Part shown: piece by piece, positions 47,234 to 57,240 of the stretch
Position numbering within the stretch: the stretch's first letter is position 1
Layout of the letters: the number at the start of each line of letters is the position of its first letter
IMG/VR virus record: IMGVR_UViG_3300011335_000322
Location: 1-62,839 of that record
Length of the DNA: 62,839 bases
Strand: one strand, 5' to 3'
DNA from: a virus
Taxonomy: Duplodnaviria; Caudoviricetes
Notes under the pieces: model-generated
What the model was told of the DNA's origin: nothing
The model's input: only the letters and a program-made list of their open reading frames with translations
Database searches by the model: none
Program-made: the position numbers and the translations under genes

Positions 47234-49326
47234 CGTCTGCCGTCTTGACGGATGTCAATTCTTGGAGCGCCCATCTGCCACTGTGTGCCAAGGGTATTTG
47301 AACTGATCTTCATAGACATCTGCCTTGCCCTTACCCGTATGTTCAACTGCCCGTTGTAGGTGTCTAGGTCAATGGGGTAGGTCTGGGTGGCTGTGACTAC
47401 GCCCTCTGCGCTGCTGCTGTCGCCGCCGACTGACTTGGGGCTGTTGTAGCCAGAGCCTGAGTTCTGTAACGGCAGGAGTTGCATGGTCAGGCTGGGTGTC
47501 GTCCCGTCTGTGGAGCCGTTGAAGGTCAGGTCAGGTAGCATCCTCCAGACAAAAGCAAAGTTGTGCCCATCACCAATGTCAAACTGGGATGAGGTGATAA
47601 ATGCAGTAATTGGAAGCGCGGTGGCTGCTGTACCATCGTCTACACCCAGTTCATGGCTGACAAGGTTGTTGCTGTAGGTGGCTGCAATCGGATAGTCTTG
47701 AAGGCCGCTGTCCAGCCATGCGGTACGGGCCATAGAGCCGTAGTACCAGATGTTTTCTAGGTAGTTGTAGACCACATAGCTGTCGTTGGTGGTAGAGCCA
47801 TTACTGGGGTAAAACCACCAAACCTCATTAAAACCTTCATTGGTGGATGCGTAAACCTGCTCAAACTGTACTCGGTCAATGTCATTGTAAACATACCTGA
47901 GTAGGTCACAGTTGAGGGTTTGCAGCCGCCCGTCGTACTTGTAGAACTTGTCTACGCCCATCCAGTAAATGGTTCCCGCCGCTATAGTAACTGCGTTGGG
48001 GCCAACAATAGAAATGTTGTCGCCGAGTAACTGTGACCCCCAAACATAGGGAGGGCCAAGATATTGCAGGGAATACAGCGCAGAATCTGTAAAGATCACA
48101 ATCTCTTGTTTACTTTGGATGGCAGTGACGATGGTGGAGCCGTGGGACAGACCAATGCTGCCCGACTGATTGGTAATAGCAGGCGTCCACATGGTTGGGT
48201 CTTCTTGGTCTGACCACCGAACCAGCATGGGGTTTACCACAGAAGAACCGATGTCGTTGGTTCCAAAACAAATGACAAACCGGCTGGCATCGGAAACAAG
48301 AAAGAATATTTGACTCAGCGGGACATCACTTGCGGAGGACAACACAGACAACAAAACACCTCTTTGGGATATCTTGTGTACCCCAGACTGACTGACTGAG
48401 GAACTGATTAACGCCCCGGTGGGGGTCAGAGACAGATTAAACGTGGTTGCTGATACATACCGGGTGTAGTAGATCGTGCCTACCAGCAGACCTGTGGGCA
48501 ATGCGCCAGAGGTTTCAAAAACAATTGGGGTCAGATCAGGCAGATTTAGTGTGGTGGTAACAACGCAGGGGCTGGCAATCGTCATGGTGACCGTGGGTGC
48601 TACGTAGCCGATAGTGGCGTCCCAGTAGTACAGCGGCCCACCCCTTGGGCCATACAACAGGTCTTCACCAAAGTTAAATTGGTTCCAAATCCTCAATGAT
48701 TCCGCAGAGGCCGCACTGTTTCCCCAAGACCCAGAACTCCATGCGCCAGAACCCCATCCAGACAAAGGCGCAGCGTAGCTTGGGCCGGGGTTGACTTGAT
48801 ACACAGCATAGACTGTGCCGCCACCTGAAGCCGTGGACGTTGCAACAGATGTAAACGTGATGGTGTAGCTGGAACCGGCTGAGTAGGTTAACTGAAACTC
48901 TCCCAGTATGGTCAGGCCACCCACCGCCGTGCTGCCTGTAAACGTCACATAGCCATTGTTGATGTAGCCGCCAGTGGCGTCTGTGACTGTGACTGTGGCA
49001 GAGCCGCTAACTGTGGCAAACGGATTGGTTAGTGTGTGGACGGTCTGCGTGGGCGTGATGTCGTAGTAATAGCCGCCGTTGGATATGTAGAACTTGAGGT
49101 TTGTGCCGACCCCAATAAGGTTTTGATAGCCTAGCGTGACCCAGTTCCACAGGGAGCGGCAAACACCTAAGAATGTGCTGGCAGAGATGCGTAGCCAGCC
49201 GCCTATCTTTTCGGGTGTGCCTTGCCGAAAACGGACGTTATCCGACTCGTAAAATCCGCCCTCGTTCGTGTATCTTGTATTTTCCCTGTTTACACCTGGA
49301 ACCAATTTGATTTTTTGTAAACTCAT
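47230..49326 (-). CDS. Tail nozzle/stabilisation (tubular protein B-like) protein
   Basis: 698 aa beta-rich; VRF..G.PEKIGGW, VRWSDQED, EVWWFYPS. Confidence 0.65.
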   Translation of the reverse strand: MSLQKIKLVPGVNRENTRYTNEGGFYESDNVRFRQGTPEKIGGWLRISASTFLGVCRSLWNWVTLGYQNLIGVGTNLKFYISNGGYYYDITPTQTVHTLTNPFATVSGSATVTVTDATGGYINNGYVTFTGSTAVGGLTILGEFQLTYSAGSSYTITFTSVATSTASGGGTVYAVYQVNPGPSYAAPLSGWGSGAWSSGSWGNSAASAESLRIWNQFNFGEDLLYGPRGGPLYYWDATIGYVAPTVTMTIASPCVVTTTLNLPDLTPIVFETSGALPTGLLVGTIYYTRYVSATTFNLSLTPTGALISSSVSQSGVHKISQRGVLLSVLSSASDVPLSQIFFLVSDASRFVICFGTNDIGSSVVNPMLVRWSDQEDPTMWTPAITNQSGSIGLSHGSTIVTAIQSKQEIVIFTDSALYSLQYLGPPYVWGSQLLGDNISIVGPNAVTIAAGTIYWMGVDKFYKYDGRLQTLNCDLLRYVYNDIDRVQFEQVYASTNEGFNEVWWFYPSNGSTTNDSYVVYNYLENIWYYGSMARTAWLDSGLQDYPIAATYSNNLVSHELGVDDGTAATALPITAFITSSQFDIGDGHNFAFVWRMLPDLTFNGSTDGTTPSLTMQLLPLQNSGSGYNSPKSVGGDSSSAEGVVTATQTYPIDLDTYNGQLNIRVRARQMSMKISSNTLGTQWQMGAPRIDIRQDGRR

Positions 49327-49334
49327 GGTACAAT
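49307..49334 (+). promoter_or_regulatory. Promoter for the antisense endonuclease gene
   Basis: TTGATT, 16-bp spacer, extended -10 TGG-TACAAT, overlapping the start codon of the tail gene on the other strand. Confidence 0.5.
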
Positions 49335-49364
49335 CTCCGAATCGTCATTAACTTGGAGAACATT

Positions 49365-50213
49365 GTGTATATTTACATTTGGAAAGATGCTTTTAGCGTT
49401 CCATTTTACGTTGGCTTTACCAAAAACAAACGGCGCACTAACCCTAGAAACAACGGGGGACGTAACTGGCTGTGTAAACAGAAGTTGGCTGCAGTCGGGG
49501 TGGAGCGCGTTATTGTTGAATTGCGTCCTGTTTTTTCTGCGGAAGAAGGGGTTGCATTGGAGCGCCACCTTATTCAGGAGTACGGACGTATTCAAACGGC
49601 AAACGGCCCTCTTACTAATTTGACTTCTGGTGGGGAGGGTAGTCATTCTTTATCCCCAGAACACAAAGAAAAGTTGCGAGAAATAATGCTTGACCCACTG
49701 CACCCCATACGCAGTCTTGCATCTCGCGCAAAAGCAAAAAAACGTATGAATGATCCTGATGTTAAAGCCAAGTTTTTAGGCGATAACAACCCTGCAAAAA
49801 AGCTAGAAGTTCGCGCCAAGCTTAAAGCGGCATGGGAAAATCCAGAGTTTCGCGCTGCACGGAGTAAGGAACGCTTGGGAGTACCAAAAAACTTTTCTAA
49901 AGCTGGCCTAGAAAGAAGGGCCGCAGCGTTAAGAGAAAACCCAAAAATGAAAGGGTGGGGTGAACGCAATGGAAAAGATGCTGACTTTGATGCTAAACGG
50001 ATTGAAGGCATCCGCGCTGCACAGCCTAAAAGAGCAGAGAAAATGCGTGACCCTGTTGCTCTTGCCCAGCGCAAAGCAAGACTTAGTGCAACACTCAACT
50101 CACCTGAACACAAAGCCCGTAGAGCCGCCCAGAACACGCCAGAGTACCGCGCCGCTGCATCTGCGCGGAAAAAAGAATACTGGGCAAAGAAGAAAATTGA
50201 CATTTCATCCTAA
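49365..50213 (+). CDS. Free-standing GIY-YIG-like homing endonuclease, antisense to the late operon
   Basis: VYIY...FYVG....R, E..LI..YGR, LTNLTSGGEG, basic repeat tail; likely GTG start at 49365 after GGAG. Confidence 0.75.
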   Translation: MYIYIWKDAFSVPFYVGFTKNKRRTNPRNNGGRNWLCKQKLAAVGVERVIVELRPVFSAEEGVALERHLIQEYGRIQTANGPLTNLTSGGEGSHSLSPEHKEKLREIMLDPLHPIRSLASRAKAKKRMNDPDVKAKFLGDNNPAKKLEVRAKLKAAWENPEFRAARSKERLGVPKNFSKAGLERRAAALRENPKMKGWGERNGKDADFDAKRIEGIRAAQPKRAEKMRDPVALAQRKARLSATLNSPEHKARRAAQNTPEYRAAASARKKEYWAKKKIDISS

Positions 50214-50686
50214 GACAGGAACAGGGCACGTTCGTCATTGCGGCGCTTGACCAACCCCGGCAGGATTTTACCCCCGCCCCGGGTGAATTTCAAGAACTCG
50301 TCGGCAGCTTCTTGCGTCTCGCCCCTAAGAACCTTCTGACGGAGGGTTGATCGCTGTACGCCCCCCAAACCCAGATTAAAAGCAAAGCTGACGAGAGCAT
50401 CGTTTTGACCTGCGGTAAGCACCAAAGGAAAAAGTCGGGCGACCCCAACCTCAAATCGCTGGAGATCAGTACTAAGGATTCCATCTACTTCGTCTTTTGA
50501 AAAAGTACGGTTATCATTTTGTTCCAACGGGAAAGCGTCTCTCTGATCGAGTGGTAAACGTCCTTGATCCGGGTATAAAACATGGCCTACTCCTACAGTC
50601 CAAAGTTTTGCTGGGCAACGGTAAGGTTTAAACCGCACACCTTCATGGTGCTTAATCATCTCCTTGCATCGGTCGGAGACTTTCAA
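50210..50686 (-). CDS. Endolysin, GH24 lysozyme
   Basis: HEG..PYRCPA..WTVGVGH, DALVSFAFNLG, GLVKRRNDE. Confidence 0.9.
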   Translation of the reverse strand: MKVSDRCKEMIKHHEGVRFKPYRCPAKLWTVGVGHVLYPDQGRLPLDQRDAFPLEQNDNRTFSKDEVDGILSTDLQRFEVGVARLFPLVLTAGQNDALVSFAFNLGLGGVQRSTLRQKVLRGETQEAADEFLKFTRGGGKILPGLVKRRNDERALFLS

Positions 50687-51174
50687 TCCTTGCCACCTTT
50701 AAACGCCCGTCCACCAAAATGGAAGCTGATGATGCTGGCAAAGATGATCTGGGTGTCGGCGTCCCACAACTTGGCAATCAAAACGTCAAAGGCAATGTCA
50801 CGTTGCCATGCGTAGACAAAGCCACCGATTTCCACAAACGCAAACAGGCCGAAGAAACCGTAGGTCAGTATCGGGCGCACACCGGAGCGCAGGTTAATCA
50901 TCCACTGGCTGGCTCCCTGTCCTATGGCTATGTCGTGCGCGTAGAGTGCAGCGCGTTCTGACGCCTCGGCTTCAATGGCCTGGCCTTCAACTTTTATCTC
51001 TTCAACTCGTTGCTGGGCCTCAAAGCCAGCCTTGCGGAGTTCCAGTTCGCGCTCAATCTGCAACTGGGCCATCGCCATCTCATGCTTTTTGTCGGCCCGG
51101 TCTTGGAAGAAACCCAGCAGCTTGGGCAGGCCACCAGCCAAGAAGCTGATTAGGGTGGAGAGTAGGGTTAGCAT
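50683..51174 (-). CDS. Putative holin
   Basis: N-terminal hydrophobic helix, VRPILTY, two further TM segments, FHFGGR; adjacent to the endolysin. Confidence 0.65.
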   Translation of the reverse strand: MLTLLSTLISFLAGGLPKLLGFFQDRADKKHEMAMAQLQIERELELRKAGFEAQQRVEEIKVEGQAIEAEASERAALYAHDIAIGQGASQWMINLRSGVRPILTYGFFGLFAFVEIGGFVYAWQRDIAFDVLIAKLWDADTQIIFASIISFHFGGRAFKGGKD

Positions 51175-51176
51175 AT

Positions 51177-51632
51177 TTAGCCTTTAAGATCAAAACTTAA
51201 GTTTGCATGGCGAGGGTATTGCACGACACGCTCCCCTTCAGGACATTTGTACTTAATCGTTGCAAGCAGTGTGGCTGTGCCCGGTGCAATCTTTTCTTTT
51301 CTAACCATAGTCAATTGATACGTGAACGTGTCAATCTGTGGCCCTGCTGGGCCGCTGAACTTGCTTGCCGTGGTAGTGGCCTCATGCACCATGCCCGATT
51401 CGTCACGGATGCTTGGCGTAAAACTCTCGACTGAGCAGTCGTCACGCTTTTTGATTCGGGCCACTGTCACATTGATGGGTTGATTAGGCTCTGCTGTGAT
51501 TTTAAAATGCTCTGGTGACCACTCAAGGATGGCCCGGTCAAACCAACCAAACTTGTCTGCAAGTGTGTACCCGCCGCCGATGGCTGCAATGCTGGCTGCA
51601 ACTGCTCCGATGGCTTTTGTTACGTCAATCAT
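51177..51632 (-). CDS. Membrane-anchored hypothetical protein
   Basis: N-terminal TM then beta-rich domain with two Cys. Confidence 0.65.
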   Translation of the reverse strand: MIDVTKAIGAVAASIAAIGGGYTLADKFGWFDRAILEWSPEHFKITAEPNQPINVTVARIKKRDDCSVESFTPSIRDESGMVHEATTTASKFSGPAGPQIDTFTYQLTMVRKEKIAPGTATLLATIKYKCPEGERVVQYPRHANLSFDLKG

Positions 51633-51784
51633 TTGTCATTCTTTCGGTTAAAAATCTCAAACAAACTCTTGACCTTTTCCTCCAGCACAGCGATTTTGAT
51701 GTCCATCTTCGCCAGCACAATAATCAGCGTTATCAACGCCAACAGCATGGGCCAACCTTTTGCTAATGCATCAAAAAACTCCAC
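51629..51784 (-). CDS. Small membrane protein
   Basis: GTG start; WPMLLALITLIIVLAK then coiled coil. Confidence 0.6.
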   Translation of the reverse strand: MEFFDALAKGWPMLLALITLIIVLAKMDIKIAVLEEKVKSLFEIFNRKNDK

Positions 51785-51785
51785 A

Positions 51786-51995
51786 TCACAACCCCAGCAA
51801 TTTCTTTGCAAACTCAGCCGCCACACCGGGGCCGAACAGAACAGCAACGATCACCCCGTACAGCAAATACTCGATGCGGGTCATGCGTTTGGAGCCATCA
51901 GCAAAACTCTTTTGGATGCCAGCATAACGCTCGGCACAAATTGCCTCATGCGTAGCAAGTTTTGCTTCAGTCTCAGTGATCATTTTTTCGGTCAT
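51786..51995 (-). CDS. Small coiled-coil plus TM protein
   Basis: HEAICAERY...RIEYLLYGVIVAVLF. Confidence 0.65.
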   Translation of the reverse strand: MTEKMITETEAKLATHEAICAERYAGIQKSFADGSKRMTRIEYLLYGVIVAVLFGPGVAAEFAKKLLGL

Positions 51996-52135
51996 GCTGG
52001 CTCAGGTTTCGTTACTTGCGCCTCGGCCTGCTCTTTGATTTTGACGATAAGAGGCCACACCCCTGACCTGCTGGGCAACTCGCCCAAGGTTTGCAGGACA
52101 AAATTGATTTCGTTTACGTCGAGTTCTAGGGTCAT
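51992..52135 (-). CDS. Small protein (47 aa), possible fibre-associated
   Basis: Below cutoff; MTLELDVNEINFVLQTLGELP...KIKEQAEAQ; ATGA overlaps. Confidence 0.7.
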   Translation of the reverse strand: MTLELDVNEINFVLQTLGELPSRSGVWPLIVKIKEQAEAQVTKPEPA

Positions 52136-52449
52136 GCTTGGCTCCAAGGCAGGGCGGTGTTGGCGGGGCTAACGGGCGGGGTAATCATGCTGTCAATCTG
52201 GCCCTGCACACAGGCTTGTGCGTTGGTGATGGCGGATTCAGGAATCCAGCCAATGACTTGGGCTTCGGTCAGTTGGTCGTAGGGCACGAACACAGCGCCC
52301 TGCTGGGAGTCAAACTGCGTGTTGCCGCCGATGGATGCGGTGTTACTGCCGTCTACACCTGTAACAGTCCACAGCGCATTGACCACATAGTTTGGGTCAG
52401 GCTGCTGGAGCGTGTACATCGTGGTGATGGTGGTGGTAAAGGTGGTCAT
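52132..52449 (-). CDS. Putative tail fibre-associated protein
   Basis: FVPYDQLTEAQVIGW...LPW, directly after the fibre gene. Confidence 0.6.
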   Translation of the reverse strand: MTTFTTTITTMYTLQQPDPNYVVNALWTVTGVDGSNTASIGGNTQFDSQQGAVFVPYDQLTEAQVIGWIPESAITNAQACVQGQIDSMITPPVSPANTALPWSQA

Positions 52450-52474
52450 GGTGGTTCCTTGTAAGGTTTAAAGA

Positions 52475-54574
52475 TTAAGCGACCATTAAAGCGCCAGCAA
52501 CTACATACAACCCGCCCGATGGCAATCCAGCAGAAGATGTTGGCAAACTTGGAATAACAACAGTTGTGCCGTTGTGATAGATGCGAGGGTTGCCGTCACC
52601 GTCGGACAGGACAAGATAATTTGAAAGGGTGCGAATGTCGAGGCCACCTTGGTTGCCGTTGTAACGGCCAAGGATAGAGTTTTTGGATCCAGTGGTAATT
52701 GCCCCACCAGCCGCCGCTCCAAAAAATGAGTTTAGGTTTCCGGTTGTTGCCGCATTACCAGCCTGATAGCCAAAAAAAGCATTTCCGTCTGCTGTGGTTT
52801 GCGAATACCCAGCCTGATAACCAACAGCAGTGTTGTTTGAGGCGGTGGTGTTGTTTAACAACGCAAGGTAGCCCAAAGCCGTATTGTTTGATCCAGTCGT
52901 GTTAAGTTTTGCCGCACCGACACCAAGGGCCACATTGTAATTGCCGGTAGTGTTTGCATTTAGCGCATCAACGCCAACAACAGTATGTTCCGCGCCTGTT
53001 GTGTTGGCATACAGTGCGCCTTTACCGAAAGCAACATGATTAGCACCCGTGGTATTGCTATACCCAGCCTGATAACCCACGGCAGTGTTGTTTGAGGCGG
53101 TGGTGTTACCAAACAACGCCGAAGTGCCAACACCCACGTTGGAGGCACCAGTGGTGTTTGCGGTAAGCGCACTTTGTCCAACCGCAACGTTAGCACCGCC
53201 AGTGGTTGTTTGACTCATCGCGGCATCGCCAACGGCGGTATTGCTATCACCCGTTGTGATTGACGCAAGAGAATACGCCCCGATGGCGACGCTATAAGAG
53301 GGGGCGCTACCAACCCCGCCCTTTGCCGCCTGAAAGCCAACAGCCGTAATTCGCGTTCCAGTAGAACTTGTATACCCAGCTTGATAACCAACAGCAGTGT
53401 TGTTAGATGCTGAGAGGTTTTCTGCCAATGCTTGAAAACCGACTGCGACATTATTTGCTCCGCTGGTATTTTTTAGCATGGCACTTCTGCCAAAAGCAGA
53501 ATTGTCTACGCCTGTGATATTTGCAGTTAACGCTTCTGCGCCCATTGCGGTATTTTGATAAACACCAGAGCCTTGTGTTTTAAGCGCACGATATCCAACT
53601 GCGGTATTCGCAGAGTTGTCTGTGTTGCCTGCAAGCGCCTCATATCCCACAGCGGTGTTGTAAATTCCACTTGTATTAGCCGCCAAAGCACTAGCACCCA
53701 CCGCAGTGTTGGTAGCCACAGCACCTGCGCCAAGCCCCACGGTCAAGCCCTGCACAACTGCACCAGCAGTTAGCGTGGAGACACCTGTCACGCCGAGGGT
53801 TGTGGATGCTGTCAGCGATGTAAACGCACCCGTAGTCGCCGTTGTAGCACCCACAGTGCCGTTGATGTTGATGGAGGCTGTGCCGGTCAGGTTGGTGACT
53901 GTGCCGCTTGCGGGTGTACCCAACGCCCCGCCATTGACAACAAACGCCCCGGCAGAGCCTGTGTTGACGCCAAGTGCTGTAACGACACCTGTGCCTGTGG
54001 TTGTGGTGCTTGGAGCCGCACCAGCACCGCCGCCAATGACCAAGGCGCTTGCTGCCAGTGCGCTTGACGATGCCAATGTGCCTGATGCGGTGTAGGCTAG
54101 GACACCGCCGGATGTGCCTGATGCCAAGCCTGTGCCGCCGTTGGCTACGGGGAGAATACCCGTGGTGGAGGTCACCGATGCTGTTACGAAATCAACGCCG
54201 TTCCAGACAACAAGGGCTGCTGTGCCAGCAACAATGGTGACACCTGTGGTGGGGCCAGCCCCGACAATCTTGATGCTCTGGGAACTGCTGGTCTTGTTGA
54301 TGACAATGTAGGATTTGCTTTGTGCCGGGACGGTGATCGTGCGCGTAACCGTACCGCCTGCTGTCCACAGGATAATTGCCTGCCGAGCTTGGTTTGCTGC
54401 CAGTGTGGTCGTTGTTAGCGTTACATCAGCGTCTGACGACAGGGTGGTTGTTCCGGCAACGGCTGTATCCAGCAAGGCGGTTATAGACACATTGACTGTA
54501 TCGCCCCATGTACCGGACAGTTCGCCCGTTACGGGGAGGGCTAGGCCCAAAAGTGATGTTGCTGCTGTTGCCAT
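52475..54574 (-). CDS. Tail fibre / receptor-binding protein with beta-roll repeats
   Basis: LPVANGGTG fibre motif and about 25 repeats of ~14 aa, N(T/V)A(V/F)GxxA. Confidence 0.8.
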   Translation of the reverse strand: MATAATSLLGLALPVTGELSGTWGDTVNVSITALLDTAVAGTTTLSSDADVTLTTTTLAANQARQAIILWTAGGTVTRTITVPAQSKSYIVINKTSSSQSIKIVGAGPTTGVTIVAGTAALVVWNGVDFVTASVTSTTGILPVANGGTGLASGTSGGVLAYTASGTLASSSALAASALVIGGGAGAAPSTTTTGTGVVTALGVNTGSAGAFVVNGGALGTPASGTVTNLTGTASININGTVGATTATTGAFTSLTASTTLGVTGVSTLTAGAVVQGLTVGLGAGAVATNTAVGASALAANTSGIYNTAVGYEALAGNTDNSANTAVGYRALKTQGSGVYQNTAMGAEALTANITGVDNSAFGRSAMLKNTSGANNVAVGFQALAENLSASNNTAVGYQAGYTSSTGTRITAVGFQAAKGGVGSAPSYSVAIGAYSLASITTGDSNTAVGDAAMSQTTTGGANVAVGQSALTANTTGASNVGVGTSALFGNTTASNNTAVGYQAGYSNTTGANHVAFGKGALYANTTGAEHTVVGVDALNANTTGNYNVALGVGAAKLNTTGSNNTALGYLALLNNTTASNNTAVGYQAGYSQTTADGNAFFGYQAGNAATTGNLNSFFGAAAGGAITTGSKNSILGRYNGNQGGLDIRTLSNYLVLSDGDGNPRIYHNGTTVVIPSLPTSSAGLPSGGLYVVAGALMVA

Positions 54575-54583
54575 TAAATTCTC

Positions 54584-55360
54584 CTAATTCGTTGTCACAT
54601 CAGCCCAAGCTGCTGTTTGCGTATTACCAATATCCTGCCAGTTTGCTGTTTGCGTGTTACCAATACCCTGCCAGTTTGCATTCTGTGTGTCATCAATTAC
54701 TTCCCAGAATGGTCGTGCTGTAATTAAATCTGTTCCGGTTGCCAACTCCACAATGGACGCTATAAACGCCGCCGCTGCCGTATCTACATCAGTACCCGTT
54801 GCTGTCTCTGCAACCACACCTTTAAACGCAGCACTAGCACCAACAGCATCAGACCCAGTGGCTGTCTCACTGACAACCGCCCCAATAGACAAGCTACTTA
54901 CTACCGCATCCGTCCCAGTAGCCGTCTCACTGACAGTAACCAAGAACGCAAAGGATGAATCTACCGCATCTGTACCTGTCGCTGTTTCTGTAATCTGACC
55001 TAAGAAGATAGCAAACGCCGCATCTACATCAGACCCCGTAGCAGTCTCACTGACCGAGGAACTCATCGTGAGCAATGCTGTTACGGCATCACTACCCGTA
55101 CCCGTTTCACTGACCGAAGACTTAAATACCGCCGTTGCGTTTATTGCGTCTGTACCCGTACTTGTCTCACTGACTGCCGCATTGACCTGTACCAAACTTG
55201 ATACAGCATCCGATCCCGTAGCAGTCTCACTGACCGAAACCCCAACACCGTTTGCCGCCGCTACAGAGTCCGTGCTTGTTGCAGTCTCGTCAACCGTGCT
55301 TGAAAAAGCCGTGAAGCCCCAGCCGCCATCACCCCATGCGCCAGAACCCCACGTTGACAT
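54584..55360 (-). CDS. Virion protein with ~19-aa ETATG(S/T)D repeats
   Basis: About 10 tandem repeats VSETATGxDAV. Confidence 0.7.
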   Translation of the reverse strand: MSTWGSGAWGDGGWGFTAFSSTVDETATSTDSVAAANGVGVSVSETATGSDAVSSLVQVNAAVSETSTGTDAINATAVFKSSVSETGTGSDAVTALLTMSSSVSETATGSDVDAAFAIFLGQITETATGTDAVDSSFAFLVTVSETATGTDAVVSSLSIGAVVSETATGSDAVGASAAFKGVVAETATGTDVDTAAAAFIASIVELATGTDLITARPFWEVIDDTQNANWQGIGNTQTANWQDIGNTQTAAWADVTTN

Positions 55361-55361
55361 A

Positions 55362-55940
55362 TTACCCCGCCAAGCTGAATGTGTAGGTCACAGATAGAGT
55401 GTCACTGTTCACCACAGAGCGATCCCCGGGTGAGCCAAAGTCAGCCGCAGAGAACAACGTACCTGCCGTACCACTCTTGGCACTGCCGCTGGTTAGGAAA
55501 GCCCCGCCCACAGTCGTTGTGCCGTTGATGTTAAACGTAGCAGGAGAAGCTGTGTTAGTCACTACAGATGGGTTGGCAGTGGTTGCTGTTGCAAACGTAG
55601 CAGCTACACGGGTTGCATTGCTGTAAGCCACAACCTCTGTCCAGCCAGCGTGGGAAGACATCGTATCTCCAGCCGCAGGGGTGTTACTTGCCCCAGCACC
55701 GTACAGACCAATGTACCAAGTGGTGATTTGCGCGACTGAAGTTAAGGCCGAACCCGCCATGTACTGAAGACCGACATTGACTACCAGATTCTTGGACTGC
55801 GCTTCCCATTTCAAGTTACCGTCTTTGTCATGGCACTTGATCTCAAACATGCCAGTGGCTTGTGCGTCCTCACCAGCTTTTAAGTTGCATGTCAGACCAC
55901 TAGAAACAGTGTCGGTGGCTTTGAGTTTTTCGGTAGTCAT
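55362..55940 (-). CDS. Tail structural protein
   Basis: KW...NLVVNVG, GTLFS, DTLSVTY. Confidence 0.6.
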   Translation of the reverse strand: MTTEKLKATDTVSSGLTCNLKAGEDAQATGMFEIKCHDKDGNLKWEAQSKNLVVNVGLQYMAGSALTSVAQITTWYIGLYGAGASNTPAAGDTMSSHAGWTEVVAYSNATRVAATFATATTANPSVVTNTASPATFNINGTTTVGGAFLTSGSAKSGTAGTLFSAADFGSPGDRSVVNSDTLSVTYTFSLAG

Positions 55941-56353
55941 GGTAGCCTTATCAATGAGGTGGTGGATGAGTTGGTTGGCATTACAACGGTGAACGATGAG
56001 GTGGTGGTTTTGTCAGCGCCAAAGTCCAATACTGCCACCGATTTGTTGCTCTTAGATGAATTGTAAATTAACGCACCCCGTGCTGTAAACGCACCTGTTG
56101 TCCAGACCACATTGCTGAAGTTTACAAAAGCGGTGGTGTCTGTGACACTGACCGAGATGCCTGTCATCACCTGACCCGCAGCGGTGTAGCCTGTGCCTGA
56201 TATCTCCCCCGTTGCTGTGTAAACGGTGGTAGCTGCTCCTATATTGGCATTGGCTGTGTACAGCGCCATATAGAAGGTGTCTGAGGAGAAATTGTGTACT
56301 CCCTCAAGCAGTTGCTGCTTAAAGGATGTGGTCAGAGTTTGGGCGATGCTCAT
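55937..56353 (-). CDS. Tail structural protein
   Basis: SFKQQLL.GVHNF, ALYT, ARGALIYN, VLDFG. Confidence 0.6.
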   Translation of the reverse strand: MSIAQTLTTSFKQQLLEGVHNFSSDTFYMALYTANANIGAATTVYTATGEISGTGYTAAGQVMTGISVSVTDTTAFVNFSNVVWTTGAFTARGALIYNSSKSNKSVAVLDFGADKTTTSSFTVVMPTNSSTTSLIRLP

Positions 56354-57006
56354 TACGCTACCCGTGTTCGTACTTGGCCGTCACGATAAGCATCTTGCCT
56401 TTGCTTCCCGTCGCCTAGATTTTTCAGCAGCGCGATAGCTTGTACATACCTGTCGCTGTACAGGGTAACCATGTCCTGCTCACCCTTCATGTAGGTGTAG
56501 GCTTCAACCAGTGTCCCATACAGCAGCGCCGAGTCAAAGTTGTCACTGAGCCATGTGTTTGAAGCCGTGACAATGGACTCTGGATAGTAGAAGTAATGAA
56601 GCTCTGTGCCGTACACAACGTCAGGTGTAGGGCCGAGGATGAACGTCAGTTCTGCTTCGTTGTCTGAACGGGGGCCAAATATGGCGTAGAACTTGGGTGA
56701 CCCTGTGGTTGTTGGCTTGGGATACGCTTCCCTGATGAAGTTCACATCCTTGTTGAGCAGGTACGTGTACGCACCTGTGGTGGGGTCTATAACTGCTAAA
56801 GAGTACGTAGACAGAAAATCAAGGGGGCACTGCAAATACTTATTACTTGCTGTTGTGCTGCCCGTGACGTTCTTGCGGAGGTTCTGAATCTGTACGGTGT
56901 TGTAGATACGTTGTTCCGCCTGCTTAATAAAAACATTTATGTCCGCCGTAGGAAATGTATTTTCCGTATACGAGGAAACCGCAGAAACCAACGCAGCGTA
57001 GTTCAT
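56353..57006 (-). CDS. Head-tail adaptor-like protein
   Basis: FIKQAEQRI, GPTPD..Y..EL.Y, LLYGTLVEA. Confidence 0.6.
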   Translation of the reverse strand: MNYAALVSAVSSYTENTFPTADINVFIKQAEQRIYNTVQIQNLRKNVTGSTTASNKYLQCPLDFLSTYSLAVIDPTTGAYTYLLNKDVNFIREAYPKPTTTGSPKFYAIFGPRSDNEAELTFILGPTPDVVYGTELHYFYYPESIVTASNTWLSDNFDSALLYGTLVEAYTYMKGEQDMVTLYSDRYVQAIALLKNLGDGKQRQDAYRDGQVRTRVA

Positions 57007-57239
57007 GCCATCGGACCCCGAGACATCAGACCTTTAGTGGCCGCACCAGTTCCACGCATCTTGATACCCGAGGTTTTTACACCGGGTTGTTCTCCGCTAG
57101 TAATGCTTCCAAGCGTAGCACGGGCGTTTTTTAACATGCCCATGTCCTCGCCCTTACCGGGATTGGCTTCTACCGTGACGGCTTTGCCCGACATGGTGTG
57201 CGGCTTTGCGTAGGCCGCTGCTTGTTTGTTGTTAATCAT
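57003..57239 (-). CDS. Small basic protein
   Basis: GGAGG SD then ATG 57239; KMRGTGAATKG. Confidence 0.7.
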   Translation of the reverse strand: MINNKQAAAYAKPHTMSGKAVTVEANPGKGEDMGMLKNARATLGSITSGEQPGVKTSGIKMRGTGAATKGLMSRGPMA

Positions 57240-57240
57240 C

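Noticed and set aside
49353-50213. Group I intron carrying the endonuclease
   Set aside because: Both flanking genes are intact and almost no non-coding sequence is available for a ribozyme core. The same applies to the 61197 endonuclease.
52811-53405. Near-identical ~43-bp repeats in the tail fibre gene as a DGR template/variable pair
   Set aside because: All copies are in-frame units of the 14-aa beta-roll repeat, there is no separate non-coding template, and no reverse transcriptase is present.
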